A model generated the notes under the pieces. That model saw only the letters and a program-made list of their open reading frames with translations, was not told where the DNA came from and ran no database searches. A stretch of DNA of 64,000 nucleotides, taken from the NCBI GenBank assembly GCA_029974925.1, contig JARKQH010000168.1:888-64887 (forward strand), given 5' to 3'. Positions 1-7,821 of this stretch are shown here, piece after piece; position 1 is the stretch's first letter; each line of letters starts with the position of its first letter. Source of the DNA: Verrucomicrobiota bacterium. GTDB taxonomy: Bacteria; Verrucomicrobiota; Verrucomicrobiia; Limisphaerales; UBA8199. The translations under genes and the position numbers were made by a program.

Positions 1-314
1 AGTTTTGCCTCGGCCTCCTCCAGAGACTGTTTGGCGCGGTGAACCAGCAGTTGTTCCGCGGAGCATTCGGTCTTCAGCGTCGAGAGGCGGGCGCCAAAGA
101 GCGCCTGCCGGGCCTCTTCCAGCGCGCGGGCGCGGCGGCGAACCTGGTTCTCCCACCAGGTGCGGCGGTCGCTTTCAATCCAGTCGCGTGTGTGCAGGAC
201 CTCGGCGCTGACCTCTTCAAGCGCGGCACGGGCCTGCGCGGCATAGACCACCAACCGCGCCCGGAAGGCCTCCAGCGCTTCAACGGAAGTAACGCGCGCG
301 CGCGAGTTCATCAT
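1..314 (-). CDS. hypothetical alpha-helical protein, N-terminal part only (gene runs off the window start)
   Basis: Manual reverse translation from the ATG at 314 gives 104 stop-free codons to position 1 (MMNSRARVTSVEALEAFRARLVVYAAQARAALEE...HRAKQSLEEAEAK). The start lies 1 nt after the stop of the upstream WXG100-like ORF. It is absent from the ORF track because it has no stop inside the window. No family recognised. Confidence 0.45.
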   Translation of the reverse strand, partial: MMNSRARVTSVEALEAFRARLVVYAAQARAALEEVSAEVLHTRDWIESDRRTWWENQVRRRARALEEARQALFGARLSTLKTECSAEQLLVHRAKQSLEEAEAK

Positions 315-315
315 C

Positions 316-588
316 TCAGCGCTGGTTCAGGTACTCCTCGATGCGCTGGGCTTTGCGCAGCAGGTAGGGGGTCTGGTGGTTGGAGATTTCCACGAATTTC
401 TTGAGGGTTTTCATCGTCTGACGAAACTCCTCGGCAAACTTCGCGTGCTCCTCGTCCTGCCAGGTGTCGCCCAGCGCGGCGAACCGGGCTTGCAGCGAGG
501 CGATTTTGTCCTGGAGGTCCGTGTTGAAACGCTTGAGCTCCTCGGCAAACCGCCGCACCTGCTCGGGATCCATAATGGCCTGGGCCAT
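316..588 (-). CDS. WXG100-like small helical-hairpin protein (central W-Q-D instead of W-x-G)
   Basis: 90 aa, with the length and layout of Esx/YukE-type proteins. N-terminal MDPEQVRRFAEEL, central LGDTWQDEEHAKFAEEF, helical C-terminus. Tightly followed by another helical ORF. Confidence 0.55.
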   Translation of the reverse strand: MAQAIMDPEQVRRFAEELKRFNTDLQDKIASLQARFAALGDTWQDEEHAKFAEEFRQTMKTLKKFVEISNHQTPYLLRKAQRIEEYLNQR

Positions 589-713
589 AGACTATGCTCG
601 CTTTCCATGCTGCTGCGGCGGGATCATCCCGTCGCCGGCGGGCGAGGATGATTTCCTCGCCTCCCCAAGCCTGCCCTGTTTCGGGCGATAGCGCAACTCG
701 CGCCACGAATCGT

Positions 714-1304
714 TTACTGGTAGCTCACCGGGCCTTTGGGCCCAACCGGCTCGGGAACGCGGTTGGAAAGGGGTGGGATGCTGCGCAGATAAGCGAACAC
801 CGCCTTGAGGTCTTCATCCGAAAGCGCTTTGAGGCTTCGCCATGGCATGGGGGGAAGGATGTCGCGGCCGTCCCCCATGTGTTTTCCGGTTCGCATGGCC
901 TTGCGGAACATCTCCCAGGTCCAGATCCCCATGCCGGTGTTGGTGTCGGGAGTCAGATTCGAGGCGTAGCTGATGCCCCAAGGGCCGGTCCAGGCGGTCA
1001 TGCCGGCGGTGGCGGCAAACCACGGACCCGCCTTCAGCTCGGGGGGCGGCAATTCCACCGATTCGGGGTGGCCGGAGAGCATTCGACTCAGGTCGGGCTG
1101 CGGCCCCTGGTCGGTCATTTTCAACGGGGTGTGGCAATCATTGCACCCGCCGTAGTCCACCAGGTATTTCCCCCGCGCGATGCGCGCTGTTTCCGAGCGG
1201 GACGGGGAGTGGGCTGCCCCAATCAGAAGCACAACCGGCGCGGCACACAAGGTCATGAGCACAACACTTTTCATGGTTTTCACACTTTGGTTTTTCGTTT
1301 TCAT
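714..1304 (-). CDS. secreted monoheme c-type cytochrome
   Basis: One CXXCH motif (CNDCH) after a signal-like MKSVVLMTLCAAPVVLLIGAA. A distal PPMPW methionine is a ligand candidate. Start taken at MKTKNQ (1304); 1274 or 1340 are also possible. Confidence 0.8.
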   Translation of the reverse strand: MKTKNQSVKTMKSVVLMTLCAAPVVLLIGAAHSPSRSETARIARGKYLVDYGGCNDCHTPLKMTDQGPQPDLSRMLSGHPESVELPPPELKAGPWFAATAGMTAWTGPWGISYASNLTPDTNTGMGIWTWEMFRKAMRTGKHMGDGRDILPPMPWRSLKALSDEDLKAVFAYLRSIPPLSNRVPEPVGPKGPVSYQ

Positions 1305-1379
1305 GCCCTGTTGGTTACTGCGTTTCCCCCCAGGGAACAATGGACCGAAAGGTCCATCTCGAGCCGGGAACTACCCGCT

Positions 1380-2027
1380 TTAGGCGGGGGAGTCGGCTTT
1401 GCAAGCGGCGGGCCCGCCGAGAATCTCCAAGGCGCGCAGGGTGGCGGCGCTGCGGGTCTCGACACCCAGGCGGGCGAAGATTTCCAAAAGATGCTTTTTA
1501 ACGGTGGATTCGCTGATTCCCAGGATGCTGGCGATGTCCGCATTGGTTTTGCCTTGCGCGACCCAAAGCAGCACCTCGGCAACCCGGCGCGTGAGGCCGA
1601 GGGCCAGCAGCGGGTCGGGCGAGTCGAAATTCGGTTTGAATTCGCCGCGTCCCAAATGCTCGAGCCGGTTCAGGCGGGCGCGAATGGCGCGGAGCAGGTC
1701 GGCTTTATCCACGGGCTTTGTGAGGTAATCGTCGGCGCCGAGATTCATGCCGTCGCGAACATCATTTCTCTCGCCCTTGGCGGTGAGAAAAATAAACGGG
1801 ATTTGGCGACCAGCCGGGTCCTGATGTAGTGCCTTGAGGACGTCATACCCGCTGATGCCCGGCATCATCACATCGCACAAAACGAGGTCCGGTGCCTGGT
1901 CGCGCGCCAGTTTAAGGCCTTGTTCGCCATTGGCAGCGGTCACCGGCTCAAACCGCTCGAGGCGCAGAATCGTGGCCAGGTTCCGCTGCATCTCGGGTTC
2001 ATCCTCGATAATCAGAATCTTTTTCAT
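1380..2027 (-). CDS. response regulator, receiver domain plus LuxR/FixJ-type HTH
   Basis: MKKILIIEDE...DLVLCDVMMPGISG...LTAKG receiver motifs. C-terminal LTRRVAEVLLWVAQGKTNADIASILGISESTVKKHL. Its start overlaps the kinase stop by 29 nt. Confidence 0.9.
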   Translation of the reverse strand: MKKILIIEDEPEMQRNLATILRLERFEPVTAANGEQGLKLARDQAPDLVLCDVMMPGISGYDVLKALHQDPAGRQIPFIFLTAKGERNDVRDGMNLGADDYLTKPVDKADLLRAIRARLNRLEHLGRGEFKPNFDSPDPLLALGLTRRVAEVLLWVAQGKTNADIASILGISESTVKKHLLEIFARLGVETRSAATLRALEILGGPAACKADSPA

Positions 2028-4209
2028 GGTCAGCTCCGTTGAGTTCCCGGCGGGGTGGATCTGGGGGGGCAAACAGCGGCAGTCGAACCGTCACGGTGGT
2101 TCCGGTTCCTTCGCGGCTTTCAAGCTGCAGGCTGCCGCGGTGCAGCTCGACACATCGCTTGGCAATGACCAGGCCCAGCCCGCTGCCGGGGCGGTGTTGG
2201 ACATTGTGTCCGCGGTGAAACGCCTGGAACAGGCGCGGCTGGTCGGCCTCGGGAATGCCGATACCGCGATCGCGCACCACGCAGACCGCCGACCTGCCCT
2301 CCCGGCGGATGATGAACTCGACCGATTGCCCGGCCTCGGAATATTTGACCGCGTTGGTGAGAAGATTGGCAAAGAGATGGTGAAGCAGGCGTGGGTCGCC
2401 CCAGGCGCTTTCAGCCACGTCCGCCCCCGTGTGAAGTGTGAGGGGGCAACGGTGTTCAGTGGCGGCCTGCACTTCGTCGCTCACTTTCCGGCAAAACGCG
2501 CCCAGGTCCATCCAGTCCGGCTCGAATCCCATTTTGCCCGCTTCCAACCCGCCCAGCAAAAGCACCTCCTCCATCAAGCCAGCCATCCGGCGCGTGTTTT
2601 GGATGATGGAGGCCAGATGCTCCCGGCGTTCCTCCGGCCCGAGCTGGTCGAGGTAATCCTGCAAAATCTCGGCGGACGACTGGATGATGCCCAATGGAGT
2701 CCGGAACTCATGGGACACCATCGAGACGAAGTTGCTCTTGAGCAGACGGAGCTCCCGCTCGCGTTCGAGCGCCCGCCACATTTCCTCTTCCGCCCGCTTG
2801 CGTTCGGTGATGTCGGTTACCACCGCCTGAATCACGCGGCGGCCGGCCATTTCGATGCGGGTGAGGATCACTTCAACCGGGAATTCCGCCCCGTCGGCTT
2901 TGCGCGCCAGCCAGTCAAACCGCGCCGTTCCGGTGCGGAGACACTGCGCGATATGGCGCCGCGCCAGCTCGGCGGTGGGGAACCCGCCGGGTTGAACCGC
3001 TGGAGAAGTCAGAATGGGGTTCTTGCCGGCAAAATCCGCCGCGCTGCTGTACCCGAACATGCGCACGATGGCGGGGTTGACCTCAAGGTACTGGGTTTCG
3101 TCATGAATCATGACGCCGGTGCTGGTGGCTTCGAACAACGCGCGGAACTTGGCCTCGGAGTCACGCAAGGCCTGCTGCGCCCGCACGCGTTCCAGGGCCA
3201 GCGCCGTTTGCTCGGCGACGAACGTCAGCATCCGCTTCTCCTCGTCGCCGTAGGCGGCCGGGTTGCCATAGTCCTGCACGGCCATCGCGCCAATGGCGCG
3301 GCCCCCCAGGCTCAACGGCACCCCCAGCCAGATGGCCGCGGGCGGCCCGCTCTCGACGTAACGCAGGTCGGCAATTCCTTCGAACCACACCTGGTCGCCG
3401 TCACGCCGTTTTCGAGCGATTAATTCCGGCCCCACCAGGAGAGGCTTGTTGTTTCGGATTACGTAACTCGTCAGCCCCGTGCCGAGCGGAATCTGACCCG
3501 GCGAGGGACCGGCTTCGTCAACAAAATAGGGAAAGGAAATCAAACGCCGGGCCGGGTCATACAGGGCGATGTAAAAATTGGCGGCGGGCATGAGCCCGCC
3601 GGTAATGCGATGAATCCGCTCGTACAAACTTGGCAGGTCCTCCACCGCATGCACCGCCTCGGAAATCTCGTACGTCGCCCGCAACCGTTGCTCCCGCCGC
3701 TTCCGTTCGGTGTGATCAATAATGCTGGCCCGGATGCGGCACCGGCGTTCGTCCGGGAGTCGCACCAGCCGGACCTCCGAGGTGAACAGTTGGCCGTTGG
3801 AATGGCGATGGACCCACTCGAAAACCGGCTGACCGCCCGCGAGGGTAAGCTGCTGCTTTTCCCGTGCCACCTCGACGGAGGGCCGGCCATCCGGCTGAAA
3901 CGGCGGGCTGACATCCGCCGGTGTCAGTTGCACCAGTTCCTCCCGCGAGCGGCCAAAAAGCCGCACGGCATTTTCATTCACCATTTCGAAGCGCCCGGTC
4001 AGCCCGTCAAACACGACAATCGCCTCGGGGGCGTGCTCCACCAGCGTGCGAAACTGCGCCTCGCCCGCCTGCAGCTCCGCCACGGCTTCCGCCGCCCACT
4101 GCTCCAGGTTTTGACGCGATCGCACCAGCGTCTCCGTATCCCGCTGCCCGGCGCCCGCCACGCTGGGTCTTTCGTTCCATTTTCCCGCGGACGCCAATGC
4201 CGTATTCAT
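1999..4209 (-). CDS. PAS/GAF-containing sensor histidine kinase
   Basis: Repeated PAS-like blocks and a GAF-like segment. HisKA H-box SHEFRTPL. HATPase motifs NLLTNAVKY, DRGIGIP and GSGLGL. Start taken at MNTALAS (4209); the ORF extends to 4344. Confidence 0.85.
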   Translation of the reverse strand: MNTALASAGKWNERPSVAGAGQRDTETLVRSRQNLEQWAAEAVAELQAGEAQFRTLVEHAPEAIVVFDGLTGRFEMVNENAVRLFGRSREELVQLTPADVSPPFQPDGRPSVEVAREKQQLTLAGGQPVFEWVHRHSNGQLFTSEVRLVRLPDERRCRIRASIIDHTERKRREQRLRATYEISEAVHAVEDLPSLYERIHRITGGLMPAANFYIALYDPARRLISFPYFVDEAGPSPGQIPLGTGLTSYVIRNNKPLLVGPELIARKRRDGDQVWFEGIADLRYVESGPPAAIWLGVPLSLGGRAIGAMAVQDYGNPAAYGDEEKRMLTFVAEQTALALERVRAQQALRDSEAKFRALFEATSTGVMIHDETQYLEVNPAIVRMFGYSSAADFAGKNPILTSPAVQPGGFPTAELARRHIAQCLRTGTARFDWLARKADGAEFPVEVILTRIEMAGRRVIQAVVTDITERKRAEEEMWRALERERELRLLKSNFVSMVSHEFRTPLGIIQSSAEILQDYLDQLGPEERREHLASIIQNTRRMAGLMEEVLLLGGLEAGKMGFEPDWMDLGAFCRKVSDEVQAATEHRCPLTLHTGADVAESAWGDPRLLHHLFANLLTNAVKYSEAGQSVEFIIRREGRSAVCVVRDRGIGIPEADQPRLFQAFHRGHNVQHRPGSGLGLVIAKRCVELHRGSLQLESREGTGTTVTVRLPLFAPPDPPRRELNGADHEKDSDYRG

Positions 4210-4598
4210 GGGAAGATGAAACCGAAATGGAATGATCCAAACCGGCTGCAACGTCCGCGGATTGCCCGCGCCGGGCGGCCGCGGGTTGCAGGCGGAGCGG
4301 CCGAGGCGGCCAGTTGGCCGGCGGCGTCTGCCGGCAGCAGCCAAATTGATGCAGCAAATTGCACCGACTTATACTACTCCCCGAGTTCCCCCTTGTCACC
4401 TGTCAATCTGAACGAGGCGATCCAGTGGCAGGCGGCGCGCGTGGCGTTCCTCCGGCGTCACGGTCCCAACGCAACGGGACCGCGGGGCCTCATCCAGAGC
4501 AAGCCATTGCGCAAGGCGCTGCGGGCCATGGAAATGGCGGGATGGGAGGCCGTGTAGGGCGGGGGGTCTGGCGGCAAGCCGAAAGCGGTGCTTCGGGC

Positions 4599-6137
4599 TT
4601 ACCGGACCTCGACATCAATTTTATGCCGCAGCAGCGTGGTGCCTTCCGCCAGGCTAAGCTGGGCCAGGGCGTTGTTGTAATCCGCCAGCGCCCGGATTTC
4701 GGCTCCGCGGGCATCGGTGAGGTCCTTCTGCAACTGCAGGACTTGGAAACTGGTGCTCTTGCCACTTTCGAGCTTTTTCTGCTCCGCTTGGAGCGCGGCC
4801 TCGGCATATTCGCGGGCGGCTCGAGTTGCCGCAACACGCTGGAAGGCGGATTGGGCCGTCTTGAGCGCGTTATCAATCTCGACCATGATCTGCTGCTCCA
4901 GCCGTTTGACCGACAGCACCGAGCGCTCAAGCAAAGCCTTGTTGGACCGGTAGGCATTCCGGGCGCCCGTGTTGGCGAGCGGGAAACTGATCATCCCGCC
5001 ATAGGACCAGGCAGGCAGGTCCCGCCGCCGGATGTCCTCCAGCGCCCCGCTGAACTCGGGACCGGAGCCGTTGTATCCGAAGGTTCCAAAAATGTCCACG
5101 AGAGGGAGGAGTTGATTTTTGGCATATTTGAGCTGAATGCCTGCTTGTTCCAGGTCCAGCTTGGCCTGCAACAGCTCGGGCCGCTTTTCCAAGCCTTTGC
5201 TCCAGCTATCCTGGCGGCTGAAGAGCTGCCGCTCGGCTTTCAACGATTCCGCGGGCACGATCTGCAAATCCGCCCAATCGCTGTATTGGGCCGTAAGAAG
5301 GTTCTTGAGGGTGTTTTCCTGAATGGCCACGGCGTTCTGCGCGGCCAGCAAGTCGGCCCGGCTCGCGGCGGTCTGCGACTCGGCTTGCTTCTCGTCCAGC
5401 GGGGCCATGGCCCCGACCTCGACCCGCTTGCGGTTCTCCTGGAGGAGGCGTTCGGCCAGCTCGACGGCCTTCTCCTGCACTTGGACGTACTCGCGCAATG
5501 CCACCAGGTTGTAGTAGGCCACTTCGGTCTGTGTGACCGTCTGCATCAGGCGGAGCAGCAACTGCAACTCGGAGTACTTCAGACGGTTTTTGGCTACGCG
5601 AATGCCCAACCGGGTGCTGTCAATCCAAAAGTCGCGCAATAAGTGCTGGTTGATGACCAGCGAAGCGGAGCCCTGGCTCGATTCGAAGGGATTCGGCAGG
5701 ATGATCCCGTTCTCGCTTCGAAAACTCGTGCCATAGGTGTCGCTCACATTCCCCTGCAGGTTGTAGGTCATGCCCCAGGGCAGCAGCCCGCCCAGCCCGC
5801 TGCTGAAGGTCTGGCTCTCGGTTTCGGTGCCGGGCAGCTCGAACGCCCCGGAAAAGGTGCGGGAGCCGGATTCCGTGTGTTCGGTTTCGCCGCGAAACGT
5901 AAACGTCGGATCGTAAGCTCCATAGCGGCCCTTGAGGTCGTAAAGCGCCACCTCCGGCAGGTACCGGTCCACTTGAATGTCCAAATTGTGCTTGAGGGAC
6001 AGCTCGATGCATTCGCGCAACGTCAGGGAACGGGTCGGCTCGGCAGAACCGGCGTTCGGGACCCCGCCGCCGACAGCCCAACCGGCTAATGCCGTCAGAA
6101 TCAGTATCCGTCTCATAATCGGCGAAGATTGCGGCAT
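4599..6137 (-). CDS. TolC-family outer membrane efflux protein
   Basis: Signal peptide MRRILILTALAGWAV, LTLRECIELSLKHNLDIQ, and two OEP-type repeat halves with the typical ..AEGTTL.. end. No MFP, RND or ABC partner is adjacent. Confidence 0.85.
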   Translation of the reverse strand: MPQSSPIMRRILILTALAGWAVGGGVPNAGSAEPTRSLTLRECIELSLKHNLDIQVDRYLPEVALYDLKGRYGAYDPTFTFRGETEHTESGSRTFSGAFELPGTETESQTFSSGLGGLLPWGMTYNLQGNVSDTYGTSFRSENGIILPNPFESSQGSASLVINQHLLRDFWIDSTRLGIRVAKNRLKYSELQLLLRLMQTVTQTEVAYYNLVALREYVQVQEKAVELAERLLQENRKRVEVGAMAPLDEKQAESQTAASRADLLAAQNAVAIQENTLKNLLTAQYSDWADLQIVPAESLKAERQLFSRQDSWSKGLEKRPELLQAKLDLEQAGIQLKYAKNQLLPLVDIFGTFGYNGSGPEFSGALEDIRRRDLPAWSYGGMISFPLANTGARNAYRSNKALLERSVLSVKRLEQQIMVEIDNALKTAQSAFQRVAATRAAREYAEAALQAEQKKLESGKSTSFQVLQLQKDLTDARGAEIRALADYNNALAQLSLAEGTTLLRHKIDVEVR

Positions 6138-6237
6138 TCTGAACCGCTCGTCAAATAAACGTAGTGGGAGGTTTCCTCCGCTTTTTCAGCCGGAGACGCT
6201 CAGGAGGTGCGACGGCTGGCAACCGGCATGCGCGAAG

Positions 6238-7260
6238 TCACCCTGCCGCGCGTTTCAACCGGTCGGCGATGGCCCGCCATTCAGGCCGGTCGGGCAGGGC
6301 CTCGACGACCACCAGTTCGACGCCATGCTCATCGGCGAGGTGCAATTCGGCGTAGATCGCCCGGGCAAAAGCCTCGGCATCGTGGGGAATGACGGACACC
6401 CGTGCAAAGCCGGCTGGGGCAGGCACCCGGGAGTGAGCGATGACTTGAATTCGAGCGGGAACGACTCCCGAGTTGCCGACCAGCCTCTTGAGGTCGGCGT
6501 CATTCTCCCAACGCCAGATTCGCAGTGGGGCCCTTGGCGCATAGTGTTTGGGCAGAAGACCAGGGCTCTTCAGGATGGGACCGTCGGCTCCCCCCGCACT
6601 TTGAAGCCGGCCGGTGACAGCGGCCAAGGCCTGATCGTGGATCATGCCGGGACGCAAGACCCGCGGCGGTTCAGCGGTCAGGTCCAGGACCGTGGATTCG
6701 ATCCCGACCTGGCAGGGGCCCCCATCCAAAATCAATGGAATCCGGGCTCCCAACTGAGCGAGAACATGCCCGGCCGTGGTGGGTGATACCCGGTTTGACA
6801 GGTTCGCGCTCGGCGCCGCCAGCGGGAACCCGCACTCGCGGATCACCGCCTGAATCACCGGATGGCTCGGCCATCGCACCGCCACCGTTACGCCCCCCGC
6901 CACCACCACGTCCGGAATCTCCGCGCTGCGAGGCAGCACCACCGTCAGCGGTCCCGGCCAGAACGCACGCGCCAGGCGGTCGGCCAGGTCCGGCCACTCT
7001 TTCACGCAACGCCTGGCCATCGCCTCGTCGGCCACGTGGACAATGAGGGGGTTGTGGGCTGGCCGGCCTTTGACCGAAAAAATCCGGCTCACGGCAGCCG
7101 CGTCCAACGCGTTCGCTGCCAGGCCGTAAACGGTTTCGGTCGGTAACGCCACCACCTCGCCGGCTCGCAGCAAGGCGGCGGCTTGCGCCACGGCCGCGCG
7201 AAACAGTTCGGGCGTGTGCGTGGGCGCCACGGTGGCGCGCGATGGGGCAGAGGAGTGCAA
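6238..7260 (-). CDS. tsaC: L-threonylcarbamoyladenylate synthase (Sua5/YwlC long form)
   Basis: YrdC-domain motif VVALPTETVYGLAANA...KGRPAHNPLIVHV, plus a Sua5 C-terminal domain. Confidence 0.9.
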   Translation of the reverse strand: MHSSAPSRATVAPTHTPELFRAAVAQAAALLRAGEVVALPTETVYGLAANALDAAAVSRIFSVKGRPAHNPLIVHVADEAMARRCVKEWPDLADRLARAFWPGPLTVVLPRSAEIPDVVVAGGVTVAVRWPSHPVIQAVIRECGFPLAAPSANLSNRVSPTTAGHVLAQLGARIPLILDGGPCQVGIESTVLDLTAEPPRVLRPGMIHDQALAAVTGRLQSAGGADGPILKSPGLLPKHYAPRAPLRIWRWENDADLKRLVGNSGVVPARIQVIAHSRVPAPAGFARVSVIPHDAEAFARAIYAELHLADEHGVELVVVEALPDRPEWRAIADRLKRAAG

Positions 7261-7546
7261 AGTGCTTAACAGGGGCCTTGGGCCGGATTAGGAGTGTTTC
7301 CCCGAACGGGTCCCACGCTTCGGCAACTCCTCGGCCGGGGCGCAACTTTTTCCTGGTTCTGCCATGGCGCAATAGTAAGTCCCGCCTGCAAACCAAGTCA
7401 ACCTCGCCCCCGGTGGACCGCCTCCCACGCAAGTGGCTTTGACTCTTTCGAATAGAGATGAAAGGAACGGTCCCCCCTCTTTACTCTCCGCTCCTTCTGT
7501 TTCCCCACCGGTTCCCTACCTGCCGCGGCTTGACACTAAAGAAACA

Positions 7547-7574
7547 TTGACAAACTGAGCCAACCGACTATTGT
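7547..7574 (+). promoter_or_regulatory. candidate sigma70-like promoter (TTGACA, 16 nt spacer, TATTGT) in an AT-rich island
   Basis: TTGACA at 7547-7552 and TATTGT at 7569-7574. A second TTGACA lies at 7530-7535. It sits about 250 nt upstream of the 7822 start codon. Confidence 0.3.
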
Positions 7575-7821
7575 TATAGCATGGCCCCGGGAGTTACCAC
7601 GGACCGAAGGTTCGTGTCTCGGGCGATTGACCCGAGGTTCGGGAGAACGGCGATGCGGTTTAGGTCCGCAAATCTCCCTGAATCATGGAAAACACTCCCG
7701 GCGGCCGGTGGTGATCCCACGAAGGCGCCTCATCCCGTCATTCTTGACTTGAGGCGGGGCTTGGCGAGTCCGCGCGGTGACCCGTCACTCCAACACTCAA
7801 CCCCGAATCAAGGTTCTCGCC

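Noticed and set aside
316-588. Calling the WXG100-like ORF evidence of a type VII secretion system.
   Set aside because: No EssC/FtsK-SpoIIIE ATPase, EsaA/EssB-type or mycosin-like genes are visible in the window. The motif is W-Q-D, not W-x-G. It is reported only as a WXG100-like protein needing context beyond position 1.
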